A stretch of 64,000 nt of DNA from a virus: the IMG/VR virus record IMGVR_UViG_3300025834_000005; one strand, 5' to 3'. Positions within the stretch are counted from its first letter, which is position 1. The number at the start of each line of letters is the position of its first letter. A program made the translations under genes and the position numbers. A model generated the notes under the pieces. That model ran no database searches. It worked only from the letters and a program-made list of their open reading frames with translations, and had not been told where the DNA came from. Of the stretch, positions 34,710-44,005 are shown one piece after another.

Positions 34710-35193
34710 CGAAATGATTGATGTTTTTCACGGAAGTACTAACAAATTTGATGTCTTCGATACAAGTAAAATAGGCACAGGCGACGGCAAAAGTATTGGT
34801 GGCTGGGGTTTAAATTTTTCAGACACAAGGGAAGTTGCTCAACAGTATTTTCTAAAAAGCGGATTTGTTGGTAGCTATAAAATTCCCAATGGAGATTATT
34901 TTAGCTTAGATGATAGGTTTGACCCAAGTGTGGGCGAGCTTATAAAAAGGGCACTCGATAAAATCGGAACTATAAAAGATGATGATATCGAAGAATTTCA
35001 AAACGATTTTATCGATAATGCCGATGAAGTTACCAATAAACAAGTGTATGAGTGGTTGTCATATGTTGTAGGATCTGAAAAGAATGCTTCTCTGCTTTTA
35101 GATCGGATAGGTTTTGTCGGCAATAAGTTCAGCGACAGGTGGAACAGAGAAGCAACAAATTATGTTATTTTCGATTCTAAAAATATTAGATAA
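34684..35193 (+). CDS. hypothetical protein
   Basis: ORF track. Confidence 0.6.
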   Translation: MNKLIQLINEMIDVFHGSTNKFDVFDTSKIGTGDGKSIGGWGLNFSDTREVAQQYFLKSGFVGSYKIPNGDYFSLDDRFDPSVGELIKRALDKIGTIKDDDIEEFQNDFIDNADEVTNKQVYEWLSYVVGSEKNASLLLDRIGFVGNKFSDRWNREATNYVIFDSKNIR

Positions 35194-35194
35194 A

Positions 35195-35440
35195 ATGAAA
35201 GATACGCACTCCAAAATTATTCAGATAGTGTCTGAATTCTTAGATCAAAATCCAAATCAACGATTTGGTGAAGCACTTTTTAATTTAAACATCACACAGT
35301 TTAAATACGACCTGAAAGATATCGTAAAGCCGACAGACGTAAGTTATCAAATGCGAGACATTTACAACGATAACGATACATGCATGCTTAACAGAGTAAT
35401 AGAGTCAGGCAAGATTTTTAATTTAAAATCGGCAGAATAA
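35195..35440 (+). CDS. hypothetical protein
   Basis: Track ORF 35114.. trimmed to ATG 35195, 1 nt after upstream stop. Confidence 0.55.
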   Translation: MKDTHSKIIQIVSEFLDQNPNQRFGEALFNLNITQFKYDLKDIVKPTDVSYQMRDIYNDNDTCMLNRVIESGKIFNLKSAE

Positions 35441-35441
35441 A

Positions 35442-35717
35442 ATGGCAACTCCAATTATTTTCGCTATAGAATACGTTATTCTGAACTCTGACGGTAGGGT
35501 TATAAAAGAAGGCGAAATAAACGTAAAGAATAAAACCACCAAATTTGAAGCTCAATGCTCATTAGAAGTGTTTTTAAAGAAAAAGCATCCTGATTTCAAG
35601 TCGATGATCATAAAAAAATGTAACGAAAAAAGTGACATTTTAAATATGTTTGACGAGATATTTGGGAAAAATAATAAATCGAACCCATTTGGAGGGTCAA
35701 ATCCATTTAAATTTTAA
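35442..35717 (+). CDS. hypothetical protein
   Basis: ORF track. Confidence 0.6.
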   Translation: MATPIIFAIEYVILNSDGRVIKEGEINVKNKTTKFEAQCSLEVFLKKKHPDFKSMIIKKCNEKSDILNMFDEIFGKNNKSNPFGGSNPFKF

Positions 35718-35722
35718 TTATC

Positions 35723-36112
35723 ATGATTCTAAAACTTGACACAGTAGCAAAAACCATCCAAATTGATGGTAGCGTAAATGCTTTTGATTTATTCGAAGCA
35801 TTAGTGGTAATGCTTCCTAATGATCTCTGGAAAGAATTCTCATTATTCCAGAAACCAACTGAATACATTTTTAATCCTGTTTATCCAGCATATCCGACGA
35901 TTCCATATACATCACCGTATATTTGGAATCCGTTCAGTCCAGTTGTAACATTGCCTTGGATTAACTATACAGCCAATGGTAATAATTTTACAGTATCGGC
36001 GGATGCTGGTAATACAGGCGGTAATTTTACTGTTATGCAGCAATATAAAGGCATTTTAAATGAAGGCATTTTTGACGTAGTTTTAATGTCGAAAGACGAT
36101 ATTAAAGAATAA
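35723..36112 (+). CDS. hypothetical protein
   Basis: ORF track. Confidence 0.6.
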   Translation: MILKLDTVAKTIQIDGSVNAFDLFEALVVMLPNDLWKEFSLFQKPTEYIFNPVYPAYPTIPYTSPYIWNPFSPVVTLPWINYTANGNNFTVSADAGNTGGNFTVMQQYKGILNEGIFDVVLMSKDDIKE

Positions 36113-36115
36113 TTT

Positions 36116-36976
36116 ATGATTTGTGTATACCATAAAAAAGATAATGATGGTTTCTGTAGTGCCGCAATTATACAGAGAAAATATCCAGATGCTGAATTTA
36201 TTGGCTATGATCATGGCGATGATCATATCAAATTTCTTGACTTTATCGACGAAGAAATCATAGTTGTTGATATTAGTTTCCCTATGAATATCATGTATAA
36301 CATTGCCAGTCGTAATAAGCTAACATGGATAGATCATCACGCATCGAGCATTGATAGTTATAATGTTTTTGATCATTCTACTGATAATAATATTAATGCT
36401 ATTCTTGAGGTGGGTAGAGCCGCTTGCGAATTAACATGGGAATATATTTTTCCTAATGAATTCATGCCTATAGGTATTGAATGCTTGGGAAAATATGATA
36501 CTTGGCGTGGATATGGCTCTGATGAATGGAATCATTACATTCTACCATTTGAATATGGAATGAGATCAATTTGTTCAAGCTTTGAGACATTTCCAAAGTT
36601 TGTCATAGATTACAATGAAGGCGAAGCTATTGATAGCATAATTAATAGTGGTAGAATCATAATTGGCTACCAAAATGTGGTTGACTCAAAACTATGTGTT
36701 TCAAATTCATTTGTTCGTCGTTTTAAAGGTTATAGAGCACTTTGTTTGAATGTTCCTTACATTGACTCGAATACAATGCAAAGTGTTTTCAACGCATCTG
36801 AACACGATTTAATGCTATCATTTACTTTTAAAGGCACACATTGGAGTTGCAGCCTTAGAAGTCAAGGTGATTTAGATGTCAGTGCTATTGCCAAATCAAT
36901 GGGCGGTGGTGGGCACAAAAACGCATCGGGCATGGAATTAACAACAGCCCAATTAGTAGAATTATTTAAATTGTGA
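36116..36976 (+). CDS. DHH/DHHA1 phosphoesterase (NrnA-like)
   Basis: DNDGFCSAAI, VVDISF, WIDHHAS, GGGHKNASG. Confidence 0.8.
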   Translation: MICVYHKKDNDGFCSAAIIQRKYPDAEFIGYDHGDDHIKFLDFIDEEIIVVDISFPMNIMYNIASRNKLTWIDHHASSIDSYNVFDHSTDNNINAILEVGRAACELTWEYIFPNEFMPIGIECLGKYDTWRGYGSDEWNHYILPFEYGMRSICSSFETFPKFVIDYNEGEAIDSIINSGRIIIGYQNVVDSKLCVSNSFVRRFKGYRALCLNVPYIDSNTMQSVFNASEHDLMLSFTFKGTHWSCSLRSQGDLDVSAIAKSMGGGGHKNASGMELTTAQLVELFKL

Positions 36977-37659
36977 AAGGAATTTATAAAATAGTATGTA
37001 CTGCTAATGATGTAACTTATATTGGCAGTACATGTGTAGATTTTAAGAAGCGTTTTAAAAAGCATAAACAAAGATTGAGACATAATTATCATGAGAATAG
37101 TTACCTCCAAAATGCATGGAATAAATATGGAGAGGAAACATTTAATTTTATAGTCATAGAAGAATTATTAGACGATATTGAAATAAAGACCAGAGAAAAA
37201 TACTGAATTGATCTATATATCCCATTAGGTAGAGATAGCTGCTTTAATTTAACTGATAATGTTGGTGGTGGTAACACAATTAAAACTGCTGAGATAAAAG
37301 CAAAGCACTCAAATAATTTAAAAAAATCTTATACGCCAGAACTTAGAGAAAAAAGGCGTATAGACCTTACACAAAGAAGCGATCTCTTTAAGATAAATGG
37401 CGATAAAGCAAGATATACTAAAGAATGGAGAGTGGCGCATTCAGCGGCAATGTCTAAATTATCCGATAATAAAATATGGCTTGAAAAGACCAGAGCAAAT
37501 AATAAGTCAAAAGGAAAGCCAGTGAAGACAGATCGAAATGAAATCTTTGAATCCGTATCAGAAGCTGCACGTCAAACAGGAGCATTAAATCCAAATATTA
37601 GACTTTGTATTAGAGGTAAAATAAAATCATGTATGGGTAGAAAGTGGTTTTATTGTTAA
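36973..37659 (+). pseudogene. GIY-YIG homing endonuclease (I-TevI/Seg-like) interrupted by one in-frame TGA
   Basis: GIYKIV...YIGS... The two track ORFs (36973..37206, 37432..37659) share a frame and the sequence between them is open. TGA 37204-37206 sits where the conserved Trp of the E-x-x-W-I motif is expected (REKY*IDLY). C-terminus ...EAARQTG...RKWFY is like the I-TevI DNA-binding end. Confidence 0.75.
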
Positions 37660-37733
37660 TAAAAATGCATCTGGGTTCGAAGTCAAAAGCTTTGATGATA
37701 ATTTTGACTAACTAAATACACAGCTTTTAATTA

Positions 37734-37770
37734 AAAATTGCCAATCGGATATAATCTGATTGGCAATTTT
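37734..37770. terminator. bidirectional 17-bp hairpin between convergent genes
   Basis: AAAATTGCCAATCGGAT 37734-37750 pairs with ATCTGATTGGCAATTTT 37754-37770 (one G-U pair). Confidence 0.7.
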
Positions 37771-37771
37771 A

Positions 37772-38755
37772 TTATCCCCTAAAATAGCTATCCCCTGCAA
37801 TTTGTTTTGCCTTGTCTTCGCTGCTGGTCTTAATATATCTAAAAAAGCTTTTCTCCGTTGTGTGTCCCGTTAGTGCCATAATCTCATATGTTCCCATCCT
37901 TGCGGTCTGGTACATGTTCGTGGCTGCACTACGTCGAGCTGTATGACTTGAAATAAGTTCCCATGCCTGCTTAGTCTCATAAATCAATTTACCGCCTTTC
38001 GTATAATTAAATTTCACATCCTCGTTAAATCCAATTAGTTTACAAATCTTTTTTATGCTTCTATTAAAGTATTGGATTGAAACTCCCGAATACAAATTTC
38101 CATTATATTTATTAAGAATTTCACGCACATAATCATGGATCGGAATAGTAATCCTTGTTTTTGTTTTCTTGACTATTTTTATGATAAAATCCTTTGTGAA
38201 ATTGTCCGTAGTCAAGGTGGAATAATCAGAAAAGCGTAATGCTGTCAAACATCCAACCACAAACAAATCTCTTATTTTCTCCTGCTTTTTAGTCAATCCC
38301 ATATAGTAATAAATTCTCGTGATTTTATTCATGCTCAGAAAAATCGAGAAAGTGTTTTCAAGCTTAATGCTAACGTCATCATAAGATGGATCAACTGCAT
38401 AGCCGTATTTTGCCGCTTTAGCCGCCATCGATTTAACAAGCGACAGCAAATTTGAGATGTAGTTTTGACGAAGATCATTCCCCTCAAGGTAAGTCACAAA
38501 ATCTTCAAGAAACTCCTCTCCAACAGAGTTCGTATAGATGTTGGCGTTGTATTGTTTCGAAAATGCGTTGAGATGTAGGATAAGGGTATTGTAGTTCTTC
38601 ACATACATTTCACTCATTCTATTTGATTTCCGCAGTGCAGTCACTGCAACAAAATCCGCAAAAAGTACGCCAGTTTTGGGTTCATTTTGTATTAAACGGT
38701 TAATGTAGTCCCGTTTGCCCGATAGGTCTTTTTCCACTTTTAAAGCTACGCTCAT
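37772..38755 (-). CDS. tyrosine recombinase / integrase (Bacteroidota-type)
   Basis: ALRFSD (Arg I), SHTARRS (H-x-x-R), GHTTEKSFFRYI (His/Tyr); N-terminal SAM-like domain. Confidence 0.85.
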   Translation of the reverse strand: MSVALKVEKDLSGKRDYINRLIQNEPKTGVLFADFVAVTALRKSNRMSEMYVKNYNTLILHLNAFSKQYNANIYTNSVGEEFLEDFVTYLEGNDLRQNYISNLLSLVKSMAAKAAKYGYAVDPSYDDVSIKLENTFSIFLSMNKITRIYYYMGLTKKQEKIRDLFVVGCLTALRFSDYSTLTTDNFTKDFIIKIVKKTKTRITIPIHDYVREILNKYNGNLYSGVSIQYFNRSIKKICKLIGFNEDVKFNYTKGGKLIYETKQAWELISSHTARRSAATNMYQTARMGTYEIMALTGHTTEKSFFRYIKTSSEDKAKQIAGDSYFRG

Positions 38756-38873
38756 TTCGTAATTTCATTTATAATAATAAAGCCATAATAAGTGTAGAGC
38801 GGCTTACGAAAACCGTTAGTAATGTATCTAAAGCACTTATGGCTTCATTATATATTAATATATAACTCCGTAA

Positions 38874-38881
38874 TTTCTCGC
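38874..38881 (-). promoter_or_regulatory. possible Bacteroidota -7 box TAACTTTG upstream of the integrase
   Basis: Minus-strand TAACTTTG matches the TAnnTTTG consensus; no clear -33 TTTG. Confidence 0.3.
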
Positions 38882-39063
38882 TGCAAAGTTACGGATTTAA
38901 TTTGAAATGATAATAAAAACATATTTTTTTTTCAAACGCACCTCGTTGTTCTCCAATATAAGCTATTAGCATTGGGTTAACTCAACATTTATCAAGAATT
39001 CGTGATAGATCCTGACCCGTCACAAATTAATGTAACAAAGTTCATGTAGTCTCTAAATGTGAA

Positions 39064-40779
39064 CTAAAGTGACTTTGTATATGCCACCCAAGAAAGCACA
39101 TCATAAGCAAGTGAATAAAGCCCCAATAAATCGGGATGATCCGCATCTGCTGCATTTACCCGAACATTATTTCCCGTCATTAGATCAATCGTTGGATATG
39201 ATGTACTGCCGCCGACTGGCAAAGTAAAAAACGATGAAAGTAAAGAAACTCTATCGGTTACTTCAACGTTGTAAACTGCAAGCAAAGCCGCAATAAGAGC
39301 ATGATAATACGCTATTCTTGCATTGCCGGCCTGTAATTTATAGCCAACCAAATTGTCATAATCAAATAGTGTTCCTAACGCTCTCTGTGGCAAAATAGCA
39401 ATGTAAGAGGTTGGTAAATCAGCCTTAGCCTTAGCGACTAATTGCTGAATATCTGCCAGTACTTTAGTGACATTATCGGCAACACTCGTTTGTCCGAAAG
39501 CATTCAAATCATTTCCGCTTACCTCAATTACAAAGTTTGTCGGAGTATTCACATCATAGGCTGCAACGTCAGTAACTTTTGTCCCCACTGTCGGACTTTG
39601 CAGCGTTAATCTTACGCCTGAATCATCAAGCGTACGATAACGTGATATATACTTTGTAATTGAAAAGGCGTAAGTACCCGTTGACCTTGCTACGGCAACA
39701 TCAAAGAAAGGGTTTAATGGATTGACTTCGATTAAATCCTTCATTGCGGCCATGACAGCTACATTCTCACCTATCGAATATGAAGAACCTAAAACATAGC
39801 CCATGTTATTGTATTTCAAGGCATTCCAAAGTTCTTGCGTTAAGTCTGGAAGATAATAGCCATGAGGTGTTGACCGGATTAATTCAAGTTGTGAAACCGA
39901 TCCGGTATAGGTTGTATAAGCAGTTCCTGTGTATGAATCATAGCCATTTGCTTCACTCGTAGTATTCCACACTATTTTTTTACCTAATCCCAAAGAATCC
40001 CATGCCTGTGCACCTTTAGTAAACCATCCTGTCACATAAGATGTTGATGTAGGACGTATATTAGTGCAATGTCTTAAATATGATGCAGCCGTATAACCGC
40101 CACGTCCTTCACAACCGGCATTAAATGTTTTCGTTTGCCCCCTCCATGTTGCTTTTCTGGTAGCAGGTAGAACAGTACCGAGTATATTGTAACCTATCTT
40201 AGGGTCATTGACGCTGTAAGCGGTCATATCCAAATTGATCATCTCGATCATCTTTCCAATCAGAGCAGGGTAATGATAACCCTTTCCCCATGCCGTAGGG
40301 TCAATATTGAACCAATAACCAAAGTCCTGATAGCTCTGACCACTCCAACTATCCCCCATTGCAAGCACCGATAGATATTTATTACGCATATTGGCGGTTG
40401 TGGACTTTACAAGTTTGAAAGTTACATTTTTAGCGATATAACCAGGTGCTGATAATTCAACTGTAATGTTTTCAGATACAACTTTTTGAACATCAGTAAC
40501 CCTTGTATTCGATTCAAGCAAAAAAGTGTCATTTTTATTAATCATCAATTTAATGAGTGAATAAATAAATGATTCCCTGTATAACCTTTGAACAAAGCCA
40601 GAATTATTAAAGTCTGTCCAATTACTAAATTTGTTATCTAAAGCAAAAATTATAGTAGGGTTAAGCGTCATAGGTATTTCAGAATCCCCATCAATGACTG
40701 TTTCATAATGATTTAAATCACTATTCAATGAATTTACAAACTGATCACCTGTCATTCCTATTGTTACATTATTTCTCAT
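39064..40779 (-). CDS. SGNH/GDSL-type esterase domain protein (possible receptor-modifying tail fibre or spike)
   Basis: LAMGDSWSG (block I GDS) and C-terminal DADHPD (D-x-x-H). Confidence 0.6.
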   Translation of the reverse strand: MRNNVTIGMTGDQFVNSLNSDLNHYETVIDGDSEIPMTLNPTIIFALDNKFSNWTDFNNSGFVQRLYRESFIYSLIKLMINKNDTFLLESNTRVTDVQKVVSENITVELSAPGYIAKNVTFKLVKSTTANMRNKYLSVLAMGDSWSGQSYQDFGYWFNIDPTAWGKGYHYPALIGKMIEMINLDMTAYSVNDPKIGYNILGTVLPATRKATWRGQTKTFNAGCEGRGGYTAASYLRHCTNIRPTSTSYVTGWFTKGAQAWDSLGLGKKIVWNTTSEANGYDSYTGTAYTTYTGSVSQLELIRSTPHGYYLPDLTQELWNALKYNNMGYVLGSSYSIGENVAVMAAMKDLIEVNPLNPFFDVAVARSTGTYAFSITKYISRYRTLDDSGVRLTLQSPTVGTKVTDVAAYDVNTPTNFVIEVSGNDLNAFGQTSVADNVTKVLADIQQLVAKAKADLPTSYIAILPQRALGTLFDYDNLVGYKLQAGNARIAYYHALIAALLAVYNVEVTDRVSLLSSFFTLPVGGSTSYPTIDLMTGNNVRVNAADADHPDLLGLYSLAYDVLSWVAYTKSL

Positions 40780-41918
40780 AGTCCATTGATTGATTTAAGA
40801 TAGTTATAAATTAATTGGTGATTTCCATCAGTATCCTTTATTTTTCTTATAATGATTCCTTTAACTTTTATATTACTAAACCTATCATCACCCAGGTAGC
40901 GTGAACCTAACCTGAATCCCGTCATATTAGAACCACCATATATTGCCGTTTCTTTAATATTATTATTGATAATAGAAAATCCATCCCATCCATTCAGGCA
41001 CAATCTCAAAATGCTCCATGTATTTAATCCAAATTGCGTACTAACTAAATGCTGAGCGTTTGTGTAAAAACAAGTTTGAGGCGCTGTATCTCTTAGTTCA
41101 AATGTTCCTTGTCCATGTGGATTTTGATATACATCAAATATTACATCTAATGATGACCATGTGATTACTTTTCCGACAAAATATATCATTTCTGCTGGTT
41201 GTGTTATTCCTAATACCCCAAACAGAGAATCATTTAATCCGTCAAATAAAACCCCATCTGAGTCTAATACTGGCTTTAACGAATCTGCGCCTGTCTGTAA
41301 TAAGTGATTATTATTACCTGATTTATCTGGCCACGATGAAATTGATGTGCCGCTTAAATCTTTATAGCTATACCATCCAACCGTATTGCCATCTGATAAA
41401 ATTGCAGGAGCGTCAATAGGAAATATGCTTTGGCCAATTCTATTTCCTTTTACATGACCATTTGCATTCAAAGAGTTATTCCAAAAAATAGATAGTTGAA
41501 ACCATTTAAAAAGGTCATTTAACTGAGGTTGTGTAAATGTTTCTCCCGACTTGATGATAGCAATCATTCTTATCTGATACGGAGTTGTATCGTCATACTT
41601 AACGGGCGTTCGTTGCAAGTCATATCCAATTAATTCGGCTGTTGTAACTGTCCGATTTGTGGCACTCGTATTAAACCAAATAAAATCAGTATCAGCGGCA
41701 ATGTAGGGTGCAGTATTGGGACATTGAAAAGTTTCTAATCCTGCACTTCCCGAAACGGTGAGCCAATCTGATCCCACCTTATTTGGCATCTTTCCCCCCG
41801 AAATAGCAGAGTAGTCCCCTAAGAACAGAAACTTATCTTTCAGCCATTGCGGAAGTTTCAACAATGCCCCTTGTTGAAATATCTGTCTTATACCTATTCC
41901 TGTTTTTATTCTTGGCAT
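40776..41918 (-). CDS. LamG/concanavalin-like lectin domain protein
   Basis: WPDKSGNNNHLLQ...KPVLDSDGVLFDGLNDSL is typical of Laminin_G_3 domains in phage fibres; ATGA-type overlap with the downstream gene. Confidence 0.55.
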   Translation of the reverse strand: MPRIKTGIGIRQIFQQGALLKLPQWLKDKFLFLGDYSAISGGKMPNKVGSDWLTVSGSAGLETFQCPNTAPYIAADTDFIWFNTSATNRTVTTAELIGYDLQRTPVKYDDTTPYQIRMIAIIKSGETFTQPQLNDLFKWFQLSIFWNNSLNANGHVKGNRIGQSIFPIDAPAILSDGNTVGWYSYKDLSGTSISSWPDKSGNNNHLLQTGADSLKPVLDSDGVLFDGLNDSLFGVLGITQPAEMIYFVGKVITWSSLDVIFDVYQNPHGQGTFELRDTAPQTCFYTNAQHLVSTQFGLNTWSILRLCLNGWDGFSIINNNIKETAIYGGSNMTGFRLGSRYLGDDRFSNIKVKGIIIRKIKDTDGNHQLIYNYLKSINGL

Positions 41919-41988
41919 GTCACGAGTTTTTTTTTACCGTCCGAGTTTTCATGAAAATAAACAAACGGTGAATTATGTAATATTTTCA

Positions 41989-42429
41989 TTATATTGGTTT
42001 TAACCAAGCTGTAATCGAGTCAGCTGCGCCTGTAAGCCGAATACTTGTAATTTTATTTGCGAATGGTTGCCATTCGGTATTTGTTAAAACAAGAGGAACG
42101 GTCTTAAGAACCTCTTCTCCGCCAACTGCGCCAGCGACAATAGGCGTTAAAGCGACATTCTTTTTCAATGCTGCAATGATCACGCCGTCTGTTCGACAAG
42201 TAAATGAGCCAAAACAAAATCCATTAGGCGCAAATGCTTCGGCTATTCCGACAATAATTTTATTTCCGTAATAGCCCTGACTCATTTTTGCATATATATC
42301 GGAAGCATTATTCAAGTCCAAAAGAATTGCGACGCCACTATTAATCAGGATTAAACCTGTTGTATCATCCACATCTACAGATTTTCCAGAAGCTACATCG
42401 TTCCAAGATTGAGTTAATTGTATCAGCAT
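41989..42429 (-). CDS. hypothetical protein
   Basis: ORF track; first gene of the minus-strand cassette. Confidence 0.55.
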   Translation of the reverse strand: MLIQLTQSWNDVASGKSVDVDDTTGLILINSGVAILLDLNNASDIYAKMSQGYYGNKIIVGIAEAFAPNGFCFGSFTCRTDGVIIAALKKNVALTPIVAGAVGGEEVLKTVPLVLTNTEWQPFANKITSIRLTGAADSITAWLKPI

Positions 42430-42575
42430 ATCATTTTAAATTAATTACGTATTAAAAATAAATACTATATTAATCAGAAAAAAATATTATTTTACACATT
42501 AAATAGAAAATAATATTAACTCTAAAATGTTGATAGTTTACGGATTTGTTTTTTATCAAATTAGTCGCACACTTT

Positions 42576-42605
42576 TGTAACAAAATAGAAAGTAGTTCGT
42601 ATAAG
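42576..42605 (+). promoter_or_regulatory. phage promoter-like motif (variant)
   Basis: TGTAACA 42576; TTCGTATAAG 42596; ATG 42627. Confidence 0.6.
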
Positions 42606-42626
42606 TAAGAAAAATAATACGAGCGA

Positions 42627-43514
42627 ATGACAGATATTGAAATTATTAATAAGCTTCTTGCATCGAAAAAATCGTCAGATATTTTCACAGGTAGTGAATG
42701 GAAGAAAGCATACATCACGTATTCAAAAATGATTCATCCAGATTTTTGTAAGCATCCTAAGTCGGGTGAGGCAATGTCTATAATGAATATATATAAGGAT
42801 ATTATTGAGAATGGCGTTGAGTATGAAGATGAGGCTGGTAAGTTTCGTGTGTTTGATGATAAGATTGTTTACCCGATAAATGCGGCGAATAAATCTCTAA
42901 TCACCGCATCGTTCAGCAATTATCGCATCCTTAAACAAAAAACTGATGCAGCTTCAATTAATTTTCAGAAATACATGCCATTAAGCATGGACATAACAGC
43001 AGATAAATTAACGATAAATCTATTGAATCGTGCTGTTCCGCTTACCAATCAAAAATTACCACAGGAACATGTTAACTGGATATTCAGCCGTTTGTTCGAA
43101 CTTTCAATGTATATTCAAGATCAGGGTTACGCTCATTTAGGCTTTAATCCCACTTCGATCTTTGTAGTCCCTGTAAATCATGGTATAATTTGCACAACAT
43201 TTTATCACATGGCTAAACTGAATAATAAGGCAAAAACAGTTTCGGCAAAGTATAAGATGTGGTATCCAGCGTCATTATTCACGAACAAAATCGCAACTGG
43301 CGATATTGATCTCGAATTAGCTAAAAAGATTGCTTTATATTTGCTCGGCGATAAATCAGCTGCTGGCATGAAATTGAAAACGGACAAATCTGTTAATAAA
43401 GATATCCTGAATTTCTTCATCATTAAACATGATTGCTCCGTTGATCTTTATCAGAAATATAGAGACTTATTAAAGAAGCATTTTCCACCCAAATTTTTTG
43501 ACTTAGATTTATAA
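42627..43514 (+). CDS. J-domain (HPD) protein with an uncharacterised C-terminal domain
   Basis: KKAYITYSKMIHPDFCKH... has the J-domain HPD signature; C-terminal HLGFNPTSIFV is loosely kinase-catalytic-loop-like. Confidence 0.55.
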   Translation: MTDIEIINKLLASKKSSDIFTGSEWKKAYITYSKMIHPDFCKHPKSGEAMSIMNIYKDIIENGVEYEDEAGKFRVFDDKIVYPINAANKSLITASFSNYRILKQKTDAASINFQKYMPLSMDITADKLTINLLNRAVPLTNQKLPQEHVNWIFSRLFELSMYIQDQGYAHLGFNPTSIFVVPVNHGIICTTFYHMAKLNNKAKTVSAKYKMWYPASLFTNKIATGDIDLELAKKIALYLLGDKSAAGMKLKTDKSVNKDILNFFIIKHDCSVDLYQKYRDLLKKHFPPKFFDLDL

Positions 43515-43517
43515 GCT

Positions 43518-43784
43518 ATGATTGCAAGAATAAACGATAAAGTAAAAATAGTGAGCATTGGTGATTTATGTGAGGATGGCAGTTGCACACTAATTATTAA
43601 CAGAGGTAAGATCATCGTTAATAATATTACGGAAATATTTAACTCAGGTAGATTATATATGCTGATTGTTTGTAACTTCGAACTTGAATTAACAGAGTCA
43701 GAAGCGGATATGATTAATAAAACAGATGCTCACGATTCATTGGACGATATTTATCCTGATATTTATAAAAAGAATGAAAAATAA
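43518..43784 (+). CDS. hypothetical protein
   Basis: ORF track. Confidence 0.55.
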   Translation: MIARINDKVKIVSIGDLCEDGSCTLIINRGKIIVNNITEIFNSGRLYMLIVCNFELELTESEADMINKTDAHDSLDDIYPDIYKKNEK

Positions 43785-43795
43785 TCACTGAAAGT

Positions 43796-43825
43796 TGTAA
43801 CCTTTTACATTCTTTTACGTATAAC
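43796..43825 (+). promoter_or_regulatory. phage promoter-like bipartite motif
   Basis: TGTAACC 43796; TACGTATAAC 43816; ATG 43868. Confidence 0.7.
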
Positions 43826-43867
43826 ATAGAAACAACATTTTAATATTTACATTTAATAATTTTTATC

Positions 43868-44005
43868 ATGGGAAATCCAAATCATTCAACATTTAAGTCT
43901 TTCGAAGAGGAAGCCGATGCAGCAGAAGCTGTTCTCGTAGAAAAAACATTAGACGAAGCAGTAGCTGGCGAAGTTTCAGACGTAACTCCTGAACCAGTAG
44001 CATAA
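43868..44005 (+). CDS. small acidic protein (45 aa)
   Basis: Read by hand; TAATG overlap with the vWA gene start. Confidence 0.45.
   Translation: MGNPNHSTFKSFEEEADAAEAVLVEKTLDEAVAGEVSDVTPEPVA

Noticed and set aside
37204-37206. Genome-wide TGA-to-Trp recoding (genetic code 4), suggested by the in-frame TGA in the GIY-YIG gene
   Set aside because: TGA clearly terminates many genes here, often in ATGA start/stop overlaps (for example 1424, 12047, 13220, 46709, 50690, 51136). A local nonsense mutation is far more likely.
37772-38755. Calling the whole element a temperate phage or prophage because of the integrase
   Set aside because: A single recombinase inside a compositionally distinct island does not establish lysogeny. 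I saw no repressor/antirepressor module or att site in the window.
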